From the NCBI GenBank assembly GCA_964551605.1, contig CAZKCV010000002.1, positions 8,500 through 72,499 on the forward strand: 64,000 nt of DNA, read 5' to 3'. The position numbers were made by a program, and so were the translations under genes. This document shows positions 54,825 to 64,000 of the stretch, piece after piece. The stretch's first letter is position 1, and each line of letters opens with the position of its first letter. The notes under the pieces are model-generated. The model had not been told where the DNA came from. It searched no databases and saw only the letters and a program-made list of their open reading frames with translations. Source of the DNA: an uncultured Gammaproteobacteria bacterium. Its GTDB lineage: Bacteria; Patescibacteriota; Microgenomatia; Daviesbacterales; UBA10151.

Positions 54825-56267
54825 ATTGGTGTTTTGCCCACTGCATGCGTCTTCCATTAATGCTTTGGGAGGTTTATCCTTCGGCGGTATGACTCCAATA
54901 TGCCCGAATTTAACCTTGACTTCCTTTAAGGCATACTCATCCGGGATGACGATGGAATATACCGGACTCCCCCTTCCAGGTACCGCAATATGGGTATTTC
55001 TCAGAAAGAAGAAGTATCTAAAACCGACATTTTCTCCCGGAGAGGTAATATAATTTAGGGAAAAACAGGGAAAACCTCTATTCCTGGCGTCGGTTATTAT
55101 ATAGTCTACTGCCGCCTTTTTTTCTATATAACCTTTATGGTAAACATCCTGGGTAATTAAGAAAAAAGCGTTTTTTAATGTAACAAATATTAATAGCCCG
55201 GTCACTAATTTTTTGCCTGTGGCTGAAGAATTGAAAATAAGATAAAGGAGCAGAGTCACAAAGGCCAGGAAAATAATTTCAATGTTATAGAAATAATATT
55301 CGGAAATCGGAGAAGAAGAAATTGAGAAAAATATCACAACTGCAAAACCCCAGCCAAAAAGAGGGATTAATTCAGAAACGGTTATCAGTTTTTTCTTAAC
55401 CAGCAGGAAGGAAGTTGCAAGGATAACTAGCGGAAAGAGGATATTGTTGGTCAGCTTAAAAGATTGCGGTGCAAAAAATAAACTATTAATATTTTTGGTA
55501 ATCATCTCTGTTACGGTTTGAAACTTATAAAAACCTTTAGCACCTTCCCTGGCCACAGCAAAATTTTGTAATAAATTTATTGTTTGTTGGAAGTTATGCC
55601 TTAATTCAAACAGAATAAGCGGAAGTGAAATTATAAATAAGGCAATAAAAAACTTTACTGTTTGTGAAGCCTTGGGAAGTTTTCCGGCTACTAAAAAGGC
55701 TAGCGGAACTGCAAAAAGTGACGGCAGTAGGGCAATATGCAAATGCCAAATAAGACCTATCAGAACTCCCAGTAACGGTAAAACCTTGAATTTTCCCCGG
55801 GCTAACATGATTACTGTGTAAAAATACCAAATAGTCCAAAGATTAGTGGGAGTAGAAGGAGCCAGTCTTCTGTCAAACCAAACCGACATGCTGATTAAAA
55901 CTGCATATAAAAGGGAAGCTATCAGGCCGACTTTAGTATTGAATAATTTGGAGAACACCAGAAAGTAGCTAATAACAGTCAGAACTCCTACGATAGTAAT
56001 GGGGAAATGAGCGGCCACCGGGTCCATATTAAATAAAAGATAAAATGGGACTAAAGAGTAATAAAAAAAGGGGCCGATAAAAACACCCGGAGCAGAAGTT
56101 TCCTGCCCAACTAGCCTAAAATGTTGGTTTACCACCAGATCTTTGACAATCCACGAATACAAATCCGCGTCATGTCCGAAATCTGTCCTTTCTACTACTT
56201 GATAGGTTCTGAAAAAAATTCCCAAGGTGATGATTAAGAACAAAACCAAAATTTGAGACCTTTGCAT
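54792..56267 (-). CDS. GT-C (family 39/ArnT-like) membrane glycosyltransferase
   Basis: Multi-TM protein with DFGHD.D...LVG.ETS..GVFIGPFFYY first-loop motif. Confidence 0.75.
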   Translation of the reverse strand: MQRSQILVLFLIITLGIFFRTYQVVERTDFGHDADLYSWIVKDLVVNQHFRLVGQETSAPGVFIGPFFYYSLVPFYLLFNMDPVAAHFPITIVGVLTVISYFLVFSKLFNTKVGLIASLLYAVLISMSVWFDRRLAPSTPTNLWTIWYFYTVIMLARGKFKVLPLLGVLIGLIWHLHIALLPSLFAVPLAFLVAGKLPKASQTVKFFIALFIISLPLILFELRHNFQQTINLLQNFAVAREGAKGFYKFQTVTEMITKNINSLFFAPQSFKLTNNILFPLVILATSFLLVKKKLITVSELIPLFGWGFAVVIFFSISSSPISEYYFYNIEIIFLAFVTLLLYLIFNSSATGKKLVTGLLIFVTLKNAFFLITQDVYHKGYIEKKAAVDYIITDARNRGFPCFSLNYITSPGENVGFRYFFFLRNTHIAVPGRGSPVYSIVIPDEYALKEVKVKFGHIGVIPPKDKPPKALMEDACSGQNTNLTDPMFGYVE

Positions 56268-56289
56268 CTTAGTGTTAAACTACCATACC

Positions 56290-57045
56290 ATGGAAGTTAA
56301 GGCAATAAAAACCAGAAAATTCTTACCTCCCAAAGATGATTTGTGGGATTTGATGACAGGGGTAAAAGATTTAAAAGAAAACTCAATTGTGGCAGTAACC
56401 TCTAAGGTGGTGGCAATCGGGGAGGGCCGCTGTATCCCTATGTCTGATATGCAAAAGGATGAACTGATTGCCAAGGAATCGGATAAGTACCTGCCGAGGA
56501 AAATCTTCCGTAAAGAATGGACAATGTATACGATAAAAAATAATCTGTTAGTGGCAGCAGCCGGGATTGATGAAAGTAATGCAGACGGCTTTTACATTCT
56601 TTGGCCCCAGGATCCTGATCTTTCAGCCAAGAAGATCTGCAATTTTTTAAGGAAAAAATTTAGGCTTAAAAACTTAGGGGTTATAATTACTGATTCCCGG
56701 GTCACTCCTTTAAGAAGAGGAGTTCTGGGAATGGCGATTTCATATTTTGGCTTTAAGCCCTTAAAAGATTACCGGGGAACTAAGGATATTTTTGGAAGGA
56801 AATTTGAAATGGAAACTACTGATATACCGGACTCCCTGGCCTCAGCAGCGGTTTTGGAGATGGGGGAAGGAGCAGAGCGCCAGCCCCTGGCAGTAATTAC
56901 CGATGTGCCGTATATTGAATTTATCCGGGAAAAATATATTCCAAAAGATGCTGACTCAGGCTTTGAAATCCCGGAAAAAGAAGATCTGTTTTACCCCTTT
57001 TTATCTTCGGTCCCCTGGCAAAAAGGTGGCAGTGGAAAAGACTAG
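56290..57045 (+). CDS. CofE-like (F420-0:gamma-glutamyl ligase family) protein
   Basis: VTSKVV, AGIDESN, P.DP..SA, GVIITDS...PLRRG, D.FG, MGEG.E.QP motifs. Confidence 0.85.
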   Translation: MEVKAIKTRKFLPPKDDLWDLMTGVKDLKENSIVAVTSKVVAIGEGRCIPMSDMQKDELIAKESDKYLPRKIFRKEWTMYTIKNNLLVAAAGIDESNADGFYILWPQDPDLSAKKICNFLRKKFRLKNLGVIITDSRVTPLRRGVLGMAISYFGFKPLKDYRGTKDIFGRKFEMETTDIPDSLASAAVLEMGEGAERQPLAVITDVPYIEFIREKYIPKDADSGFEIPEKEDLFYPFLSSVPWQKGGSGKD

Positions 57046-57047
57046 CA

Positions 57048-57101
57048 CTTTTCAGAAGGGTACCATAATTTCGCAATAGCGAAAAAATGGAACCATTGAA
57101 A
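57048..57101. terminator. Long imperfect hairpin between convergent genes (bidirectional terminator or REP-like palindrome)
   Basis: TTTTCA..GG.ACCAT..TTTCGC-AATA-GCGAAA..ATGG.ACC..TGAAAA. Confidence 0.45.
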
Positions 57102-57102
57102 A

Positions 57103-58017
57103 TTAGAGGTGGCTATAGTAATCAATGGTTTTCTTGAGACCTTCTTCCAGACTAACTTTTGCTTTCCAGCCCAGCTCTTGTTGGATTTTTTGGGATGAGG
57201 CGACCAGTGCCGAAACATCCCCTTTTCTTTCCCCTTTATCATCAATCGGAACTTCATACCCGACAATCTCAAAAATCTTTTTCACAACATCAATGACCTT
57301 GGCGCCTGCTTCTGTGCCAATGTTATAAATATGAAAGCCGGATAGCGGCAATGCCAATACATGGGCTTCTGCCAAATCTTCTATATAAATAAAATCCCTG
57401 ACCTGTTCGCCTTTCCAATAAAGCGGAATCGGAGTTTTGCTTAAAGTAGATTTAATGAAATTAGGAATGGCATGTGTTTCCGGTGTATGCAGTTCTCCCG
57501 GGCCATAAGGATTAAAGTAGCGAAGCAGAATTACATCAAAACCATGAAGCATATAGTAAAGTTTGCAGAAATCCTCCATGGTAACTTTGGTGATTCCATA
57601 TGGATTTTCCTGTTCCCCTAAAGAGTCATCTTCGGTAATGGGCAGTTTCTGGGGTTTTCCATAAACACAGGCACTGGAGGAAAAGATAATTTTCCTAACC
57701 CCGGTATTTTTCATTGCTTCAAGTAATTTAATAGTCCCGACGATATTATTCTGGCTAAACTCCACCGGGTTCTTGACTGATTCGCCAACTTCAATGTAAG
57801 AGGCCATGTGAATCACTGCTTCATGTCCGGGAAGGATTTTTTCTACTGCCTCCTGATCATTAAGGCTAATCTGGTGAAAGGTCGTCCTGGGATCTACTGA
57901 GTCTTTGTGTCCTTTTGACAAATCATCAATTACCGTTACCGTATGCCCCTGGTCTAAGAGTAATTTATTTACGTGATAGCCGATAAATCCGGCGCCTCCG
58001 GTTACCAAAACTTTCAT
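57103..58017 (-). CDS. galE: UDP-glucose 4-epimerase / NAD-dependent epimerase
   Basis: TGGAGFIG, VGESV.NP, FSSSA.VYG, YGITK, LRYFN, ETH.IP, RDFIY and R.GD motifs. Confidence 0.85.
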   Translation of the reverse strand: MKVLVTGGAGFIGYHVNKLLLDQGHTVTVIDDLSKGHKDSVDPRTTFHQISLNDQEAVEKILPGHEAVIHMASYIEVGESVKNPVEFSQNNIVGTIKLLEAMKNTGVRKIIFSSSACVYGKPQKLPITEDDSLGEQENPYGITKVTMEDFCKLYYMLHGFDVILLRYFNPYGPGELHTPETHAIPNFIKSTLSKTPIPLYWKGEQVRDFIYIEDLAEAHVLALPLSGFHIYNIGTEAGAKVIDVVKKIFEIVGYEVPIDDKGERKGDVSALVASSQKIQQELGWKAKVSLEEGLKKTIDYYSHL

Positions 58018-58044
58018 GAGATTATTCTAACATAAATGATTTAT

Positions 58045-58198
58045 AAGCAAGAAAACCCCACTTTCTCAAAGTGGGGTTTCACTGACAATAGCTTTCAAAC
58101 TTCCGCATTTGGTATAGGAATCAGCCGAAGAATGGGTTTTCTTGAAAGCTTGAAAACTTGGAAGAAAACCGCGGACTTTTAAGTCCGCGGAAGTTTAT
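58045..58198 (+). mobile_element. Putative non-autonomous IS200/IS605-like mini-element (two subterminal hairpins)
   Basis: Left hairpin AAACCCCACTTT-CTC-AAAGTGGGGTTT, right hairpin CCGCGGACTT-TT-AAGTCCGCGG, internal stem AGCTTTCAA/TTGAAAGCT; TTTAT directly 5'; no ORF of its own. Confidence 0.55.
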
Positions 58199-58250
58199 GG
58201 TTCTTGCAAAAAGGTTTAAGTGTGGTTACATTAAAGGAGTGTTTAAAGCA

Positions 58251-59729
58251 ATGTTAATTCTGGTAATTTTGGCATTTGTAGTCCGGATACTATTTATTTT
58301 CTCCGGCGGGGTTTCTTTCCACTACGACATGGCCCGGGATGCTTTTGAAGCAAAAGAAATATGGCAGGATTATAATCTGAAAATTCAAGGTCCGCCTACT
58401 TCCACACCCGGTCTTTTTCACGGTGTTTTTTATTACTATTTAATTGCTTCTTTCTATCTATTGGGCCAGGGGGATCCCAGGATAGTGGCAGTTTTTCTTT
58501 CATTACTTAATAGTTTAGTTATTATCCCAATCGTAATTTTGGCCAACAATCTTTTTAGGAGTAAAAAATGGGCCCTCCTTTCAGGCTTTCTCTTTGTAGT
58601 TTCCTTTGAGGCTACCCAGTATGCTCCCTGGATTTCAAACCCGGCACCGGCAGTACTAACAATTGCTTTATTTTTTCTGGGCCTTTACTGGTGGCAAAGG
58701 CAAAAAAATTACGGATTATATTTAGCGGTTTTATCAGCCGTTTTATCTGCCCAGTTTCAGTTCTTTTTAGTTTATATGCTGCTACTTCTTCCCCTGTTTG
58801 GAATTATTTTCAGAATCAGGACATCAGTAAAGGCAATCGGATTATCGTTGACGATAGTTTTATCGGGACTGCTGACTTTTATAGTAGCTGCAGTGAAGTT
58901 TCAGACAATTACCCAGATTCTTAAGGGATTTCTAAATGTTGGAGAAGCCGGTCCAATTGATTTCCGGACTCAGTTTGCGGAAAGTTTATTAAATTACCTC
59001 AACCGATTTACGGAAATTTTTATCTTTAATTTTTTTCCGACAAATGTTTTTATAGGAGGAATCCTGGCATTAGTGGTTTTATATGCCATAAGGCGCGAGC
59101 GGCTGCTGCTTTTTTTCCTTTTTTCCAACCTACCTATATTTATGTTCGGGGGCCATACCAATACTTATGCCAATGTCGGGTTGGTAGTCCCGGCAATTTT
59201 ATCCTTGACTTTGTTTTTGCGGAATATTTGGAAAATAGACAAAAGATTTGTCTATCTGATTATTGGTCTTAGTTTAATTTCCAACCTGGTAACAATTTTT
59301 AAGATAAATCCGGAAGGTCAAATAATCTTAGTTATCCCGAATGGTATGAACCTAAAAAATGAGTTTAAGTTAATAGATGAAACATACAAAATTGCCGCAG
59401 GTGAGAAATTCTCCGTCAATACCATTACTCTCCCGCTCTGGACCAATACCACTTGGGCTTATCTTTATGACTGGTATGGAAAGGGTAAATACGGATATGT
59501 GCCGCAGTTTCTCGGGCATGACCAGATCGGCTTATTGGGAGCTGGTGCTTTACGGAAAATTGATAAACCTCTTAATAGATCTTTCTTAATTATTGAACCA
59601 ACGGAAGGAATCCCGCCCAGATTTTACTCTGAAGAGTTGGATACGGAAAATAGCAGAACCAGATTGACTAAAGAAATAAATTATGGTTCCATTAAGCTTC
59701 AGGTCAGGGCCCCGCTAGAAAATGAATAG
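58251..59729 (+). CDS. GT-C (family 39-like) membrane glycosyltransferase
   Basis: FHYDMARD...IQGPPTSTPGLFHG..YYY, ISNP motifs; multi-TM; start probably 58239 (GTG) or 58251 (ATG), not 58158. Confidence 0.75.
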   Translation: MLILVILAFVVRILFIFSGGVSFHYDMARDAFEAKEIWQDYNLKIQGPPTSTPGLFHGVFYYYLIASFYLLGQGDPRIVAVFLSLLNSLVIIPIVILANNLFRSKKWALLSGFLFVVSFEATQYAPWISNPAPAVLTIALFFLGLYWWQRQKNYGLYLAVLSAVLSAQFQFFLVYMLLLLPLFGIIFRIRTSVKAIGLSLTIVLSGLLTFIVAAVKFQTITQILKGFLNVGEAGPIDFRTQFAESLLNYLNRFTEIFIFNFFPTNVFIGGILALVVLYAIRRERLLLFFLFSNLPIFMFGGHTNTYANVGLVVPAILSLTLFLRNIWKIDKRFVYLIIGLSLISNLVTIFKINPEGQIILVIPNGMNLKNEFKLIDETYKIAAGEKFSVNTITLPLWTNTTWAYLYDWYGKGKYGYVPQFLGHDQIGLLGAGALRKIDKPLNRSFLIIEPTEGIPPRFYSEELDTENSRTRLTKEINYGSIKLQVRAPLENE

Positions 59730-61257
59730 AAAATTACTGTTTTCAATTTTGTTAATTTTGTTGATTGGTATATTGTACCGACTGGTATTAACTGCCAACG
59801 GCAACTTTCTCTTTAATATGGATAATGCCCGGGACATGGTTGATGTCCGGGAAATGGTAGTTTTACCAAAACTTCGTCTGACAGGGCCGGCATCTGCCAT
59901 TGAAGGGTTCTATAATGGACCGGCCTGGTATTATTTGCTATCCATCCCCTTTTTGATATCCGGCGGAGATCCATATGCTTCGATTCTGTTGGAAATCGGT
60001 CTGTGGGCTTTAGGGGGATTTTTCCTGCTTAAATTAGTCAGCAGATGGGGTAATTGGCTGGTGGTGCCGGCAGGCGCTTTGTGGATTGCCTCAAATTATA
60101 TTGTCCTGACTAACCTTTATGCCTTCAATCCGAACCCGGTAACCTTGCTTTCACCCTTGTTTATATATTTACTGGTTGAATATTTAGAAAAAGGGAAATT
60201 GTTTTACATCATTACGGCCTGGTTTTTAGCAGGCTTATTTTTCAACTTCGAAATGAATTTCGGCATATTTACACCTTTTATTTTATTTGCTGCCGTTATT
60301 GCAACAGGTAACTTAAAACTTCTGAAACAAAAAGGATTCTGGGTAGGTGTAGGTTTTTTTATCCTGACCTTATTGCCACAGCTGGTTTTTGACTTAAAGC
60401 ACCAGTTTATTATGAGTAAAGCGGTTTTAAGGTATCTGTCAGAGGGTTCAGGTTCAGGGTTTGATCTATTAAACAGATTTCAGGTTATATCTTCAAGTTT
60501 TTATCAGACCTTTTTAGCCACCATGATGAACCATAAAATATTTACTCTCATCATTTTAATCTTTTCTTTGCCGGTAATTTACGGATTTTTCAAAGAGAAG
60601 AAAAAAGAGATTTCAGTCAGTGCAGTCTTACTGTTTATCCTGATTCCGTTTTTAGGTTATCTGATCTTACCGGTTACTGTTAACTCCTGGCATTTAGGCG
60701 GGGAAATGGCAGTTTCGTTGATCATGGTAGCTTTTATATTAAAGCAGTTAATGAGTGGGGGAATCATGAGTAAAGGCGTTTCATTGGTTTTATTGCTTGC
60801 AATTGTCTGGTTCGGATTTTTAAGTATCTTTGATTTTTTTGCACAAGACTTCGGAAGATCAAATTTGGACCCTTCCTTATATAAAAACGAAATAGCAGCC
60901 ATTGATTATGTTTACAAAAAGGCAGCCGGGCAAAATTTTAAGGTTTATACTTTTATGCCGTCAGTTTATGATTATCCCTATCAATATTTATTCTGGTGGT
61001 ACGGCCGGAAAAAATACGGATATATACCGGCAGAGTATGCATATGCTCCCAACAAGCCGCAGTATATTGGGAGCAAAGATAAATTTGAAGGATCAAAAGA
61101 TAACTTTAATGGCTTGATATTTTTAATTAAGGAACCAAACAGGGGGCATGATTGGAAAAGCGGTTGGGAGGCGGACTATAGATTTATGGAACTTTTATCT
61201 GTACAAGGATTGGGCTCTATTGATATAGAGATGAGGCGGGAAATCACGAAACAATAA
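59722..61257 (+). CDS. GT-C (family 39-like) membrane glycosyltransferase, paralog
   Basis: FNMDNARD...LTGP....G.YNGPAWYY, FNPN motifs; multi-TM. Confidence 0.75.
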   Translation: MNRKLLFSILLILLIGILYRLVLTANGNFLFNMDNARDMVDVREMVVLPKLRLTGPASAIEGFYNGPAWYYLLSIPFLISGGDPYASILLEIGLWALGGFFLLKLVSRWGNWLVVPAGALWIASNYIVLTNLYAFNPNPVTLLSPLFIYLLVEYLEKGKLFYIITAWFLAGLFFNFEMNFGIFTPFILFAAVIATGNLKLLKQKGFWVGVGFFILTLLPQLVFDLKHQFIMSKAVLRYLSEGSGSGFDLLNRFQVISSSFYQTFLATMMNHKIFTLIILIFSLPVIYGFFKEKKKEISVSAVLLFILIPFLGYLILPVTVNSWHLGGEMAVSLIMVAFILKQLMSGGIMSKGVSLVLLLAIVWFGFLSIFDFFAQDFGRSNLDPSLYKNEIAAIDYVYKKAAGQNFKVYTFMPSVYDYPYQYLFWWYGRKKYGYIPAEYAYAPNKPQYIGSKDKFEGSKDNFNGLIFLIKEPNRGHDWKSGWEADYRFMELLSVQGLGSIDIEMRREITKQ

Positions 61258-61663
61258 TCGTCCGGTTTTGATCATCCCCTTTTAGGATATTAATATTAAC
61301 AGCAGTTTCCGGTAATAAATCTTTAATTCTCTCTGCCCATTCAATCAGGACAATATTATCCGGGTTTGACCAGATTTCTTCCAGCCCCAAACTTTTTAAG
61401 TCTGCAGTATTTTCGAGACGATACAGGTCAATATGGTAGAGAACTCTTCGGGTGCCAGGTACCGGGTGTTGTCTGATTAAAACAAAAGTCGGGGAGATGA
61501 TTTTATCTTTAACCCCCAATCCTCTGGCAAAACCCTGGATAAAAACAGTTTTTCCTGCTCCCAGCTCACCGCTTAAAGCAAAGATATTTTCTTTGCTATT
61601 TTTTGCCAGATTTTCTGCTATTTGTTTTGTCTTTTCAGTTGAACTAGATTCGTATTTTGCCAT
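61244..61663 (-). CDS. tsaE: tRNA threonylcarbamoyladenosine biosynthesis ATPase
   Basis: GELGAGKT, SPTF, YH.DLYRL and IEWAE motifs. Confidence 0.95.
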   Translation of the reverse strand: MAKYESSSTEKTKQIAENLAKNSKENIFALSGELGAGKTVFIQGFARGLGVKDKIISPTFVLIRQHPVPGTRRVLYHIDLYRLENTADLKSLGLEEIWSNPDNIVLIEWAERIKDLLPETAVNINILKGDDQNRTIIVS

Positions 61664-62834
61664 TTTTGTAGTAAATATACCCTATTGAACTAACTCCGGC
61701 AATTATCAAGATTAATCCGGCCCAAAAAGCGGGGTTGGTCTGTTTTTGGCTTTTGATATCGACTTTAGTTTCTTTATTCAGAGGAGAAGCAGCGGTTGTT
61801 GCAGCTGCCACAGAGGCAATGCGATAGGTAAGTTTTCCGCTGCTTCTGGCCTGCATAGAAGAAGTACCTTTTGTTTTAGTTGAAGGTGAGCTGGCAGGGC
61901 TGGTAGCCGGAGAGGAAGCTGTGATAGTTTCTTCCGGTTGGTTTTCTACCGAAATAATTTTAATGGTTGATTCATTACTCCAGGTGGGCCCGGAGCCTGA
62001 GGCGGTATATCTGCCTACTTTAAAAACATAGTCCCCTGTTCCGGTAAAACCGGAATCACTGTCATCAGGCTTTGTTTCTAAAGTGCCTGACCAATTACCG
62101 GAAGAATCAGTGGTGATTTGGTGCTGGTTAGTAAAACTGCTGCTGTTTTTAACAAAGCTTCCGGAAACTAAAGTTTCCCCGAAATAATTGGAGCCATCAG
62201 GTTTCTTAAAAGCGCCCTTTAAATAAAATACTGTATTAGGATTAGATGGTAAGGAGAGGTTAACAGTAATATTAAATTGTTGATCAGAATTTATTTGGGA
62301 GGGGGTATTAGTTATGGTAAAAGAAGAAAGTGGTGTAGGTGTCGGGGTGGGGTTATTAGTAGGGGAAGGTGTGGAGATAGATGGAGGAAGAGAGTTAACA
62401 GTTATGGCAACAGAGTTATCTGCCCAAGAGTTACTTCCGCCTATGGTAAATCGTTTTAATCTTAATGTGTACATTCCGCTACCAGAAAATAAATTACTAT
62501 CTTGATCTAATTTTACTTTAACTATGCCGCTCCAATTTCCAGATTGATCAGTTGTTATTGATTTTAGCGTTAGGAAGTTGCTTGCTGTATATGGAACCCA
62601 TGAAGCATCGTTCCATGTTAGTCCAAAATAACTAGATGAATTTTCTTTTTTAAATGCTCCTTCTAAATAATATGTTTTATTATTTTGACCTTGAAGCGAT
62701 AAAATTACCGAAGTATCAATTTCTTGATTAAGATTAATGGTGGTCTGTGATGTGGTGAAGGTAAAACCGGCAAAGATACTACTAGGGAAAATTAAAATTC
62801 CCAATACTGCAAATAAAATTGCTAGTACAATCAC
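61644..62834 (-). CDS. Hypothetical surface protein with two tandem ~120-aa beta-domains and C-terminal TM
   Basis: Signal peptide; repeated Y.L.GAFKK...YFG.T...ITTD.SGNWSG...F.G.G.Y; PT linker; TM plus basic tail. Confidence 0.8.
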   Translation of the reverse strand: MIVLAILFAVLGILIFPSSIFAGFTFTTSQTTINLNQEIDTSVILSLQGQNNKTYYLEGAFKKENSSSYFGLTWNDASWVPYTASNFLTLKSITTDQSGNWSGIVKVKLDQDSNLFSGSGMYTLRLKRFTIGGSNSWADNSVAITVNSLPPSISTPSPTNNPTPTPTPLSSFTITNTPSQINSDQQFNITVNLSLPSNPNTVFYLKGAFKKPDGSNYFGETLVSGSFVKNSSSFTNQHQITTDSSGNWSGTLETKPDDSDSGFTGTGDYVFKVGRYTASGSGPTWSNESTIKIISVENQPEETITASSPATSPASSPSTKTKGTSSMQARSSGKLTYRIASVAAATTAASPLNKETKVDIKSQKQTNPAFWAGLILIIAGVSSIGYIYYKNGKIRI

Positions 62835-62864
62835 ATCTCTATAGTATCACAGGGGTGCTTCGCG

Positions 62865-64000
62865 TTAGGGGATGTGCCAATACAAAGTGACCATGCCGTT
62901 GTGGTGATCAATGGCTACACCTTTACCAATAGTCCCCGTATATTTGCTGCAAGGTTGTGAATCTGAGAATGCGTAACTGTCACCGCTGTCAGCAGCGTAA
63001 ATTGGGGCTCCCCAATAATTAGCAATATCTAAACCGGTATGTGTGCCCATAATATATTGTTGCCCGAACCTAGTTGAAATGTCACCATTATGACAACTTG
63101 GTCCATCATCGTAGCTACACGCGTCATTATCAGTATATTCTGCGACTGGCTTAGGGAATTTGCCTTGTTGAATATAGGGTCTAGGATCCACTCGGTGATC
63201 TAATCCCCAGCCGATTAGTTGGCCGGAGCTGTTATCGACTATTTTACCACCATCGATCTTTGCCGGTGTAATTACCTCAAAGTGTAAATGTGAACCTGTT
63301 GAGCAGCCGGTATTACCGACTGCTGCGATTCGGTCGCCTTTATTGACTGAACCAATTTTTGCTCCACCCAAGGCCAACGCTCTTGCTAAAGAATCGGCAT
63401 CTGCCTTTAATTTGGCTATTAATTGTTGGTATCTTGCCTCATCATTTTGAGTTTCTTTTAACAGTTGATCTTTGACTTTCTTCTGTTCAGCAAGTTGAGT
63501 TTTATATTTTTCCAAATCATTATTTAATCTTTCAGCTTCAACCTGCCTGGTTTGCTTATCTTCTTTTTGGTCATTATATGCAAGTTTTGTAGCCTGCAGC
63601 TCATATAGTTTTTTCTTATCATAAGCTTGGGCGACCTGAATATACTTTAATCTTTCCAAAAGATCGGCAAACCCGTGAGAGGAAAATAGCAGGTCAATAG
63701 TGGAAACAGCATTACTGTATTTATAAGTTTGGATAATTCTTTTTAATAGTATTTCTGATAATTTATCAAGGGTAGTGCCGATTCGGGTAATCCTATTGGA
63801 AAGATCATTTATTTCTCTCTCGAGTTTTTCTATCTTCAGATTAGTTTCTTCGATTTTTAAAGTAGTAATTTTAGTTTGGCCATCAATAAGGTTAAGTTGA
63901 GATTTGAGGGTTTTTTCCTGTTTTTGACTTTCAGCAAGTTGACTTTGTACTTTGGCAATTTCTTGGTGTTTTTGACAAAGCTCATCACATTCATCAGCGT
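62865..64000 (-). CDS. Coiled-coil + M23 peptidase (EnvC/PcsB-like architecture), 5' end beyond window; M23 motifs permuted
   Basis: Frame open to the window edge (ADECDELCQKHQEIAK...); long coiled coil; GNTG..TG.HLHF precedes HTGLD...YWH. Confidence 0.85.
   Translation of the reverse strand, partial: ADECDELCQKHQEIAKVQSQLAESQKQEKTLKSQLNLIDGQTKITTLKIEETNLKIEKLEREINDLSNRITRIGTTLDKLSEILLKRIIQTYKYSNAVSTIDLLFSSHGFADLLERLKYIQVAQAYDKKKLYELQATKLAYNDQKEDKQTRQVEAERLNNDLEKYKTQLAEQKKVKDQLLKETQNDEARYQQLIAKLKADADSLARALALGGAKIGSVNKGDRIAAVGNTGCSTGSHLHFEVITPAKIDGGKIVDNSSGQLIGWGLDHRVDPRPYIQQGKFPKPVAEYTDNDACSYDDGPSCHNGDISTRFGQQYIMGTHTGLDIANYWGAPIYAADSGDSYAFSDSQPCSKYTGTIGKGVAIDHHNGMVTLYWHIP

Noticed and set aside
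58158-58238. N-terminal extension of the glycosyltransferase ORF
   Set aside because: Derived from the hairpin element; the hydrophobic N-terminus begins at 58239/58251.

Overview
A ~40% GC, gene-dense bacterial chromosomal window. Its content (class I LysRS, class II NrdJ with CobO, H+-PPase, several GT39-like membrane glycosyltransferases, a YerC/TrpR-like regulator, surface-anchored hypotheticals, sigma70 promoters almost abutting start codons) fits a Patescibacteria/CPR, probably Microgenomates-type, genome; this is inference. In order: a non-oxidative pentose phosphate cluster (rpiB-rpe-LOG-tktN-tktC) coupled to VKOR-dsbA; a 10-gene CsoR copper cluster; cell-wall enzymes; a surface-anchored lipase/acyltransferase; intein-containing nrdJ; a RAYT transposase between perfect 40-bp repeats; cobO, lon (CIRCE-like site) and hppA; a two-component pair; tRNA-Glu(CTC); greA, lysK, serS, secA, nnrD, galE, tsaE; and a partial M23 peptidase. 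The most notable signals are not in the ORF track: (1) an internally deleted DUF3800-like gene (DESG N-terminus out of frame) facing a ~100-nt structured RNA with its own promoter and terminator; (2) single genes bracketed by palindromic direct repeats (the RAYT gene, and a yerC-like gene beside a second, decayed RAYT); (3) a synonymous duplicate of the nrdJ 3' end behind a multi-hairpin insert; (4) a ~150-bp IS200/IS605-like gene-less element with an omegaRNA-like fold; (5) a circularly permuted M23 peptidase; (6) a TrxB-like protein whose CxxC reads CATN. All calls come from reading motifs by eye; no searches were run.
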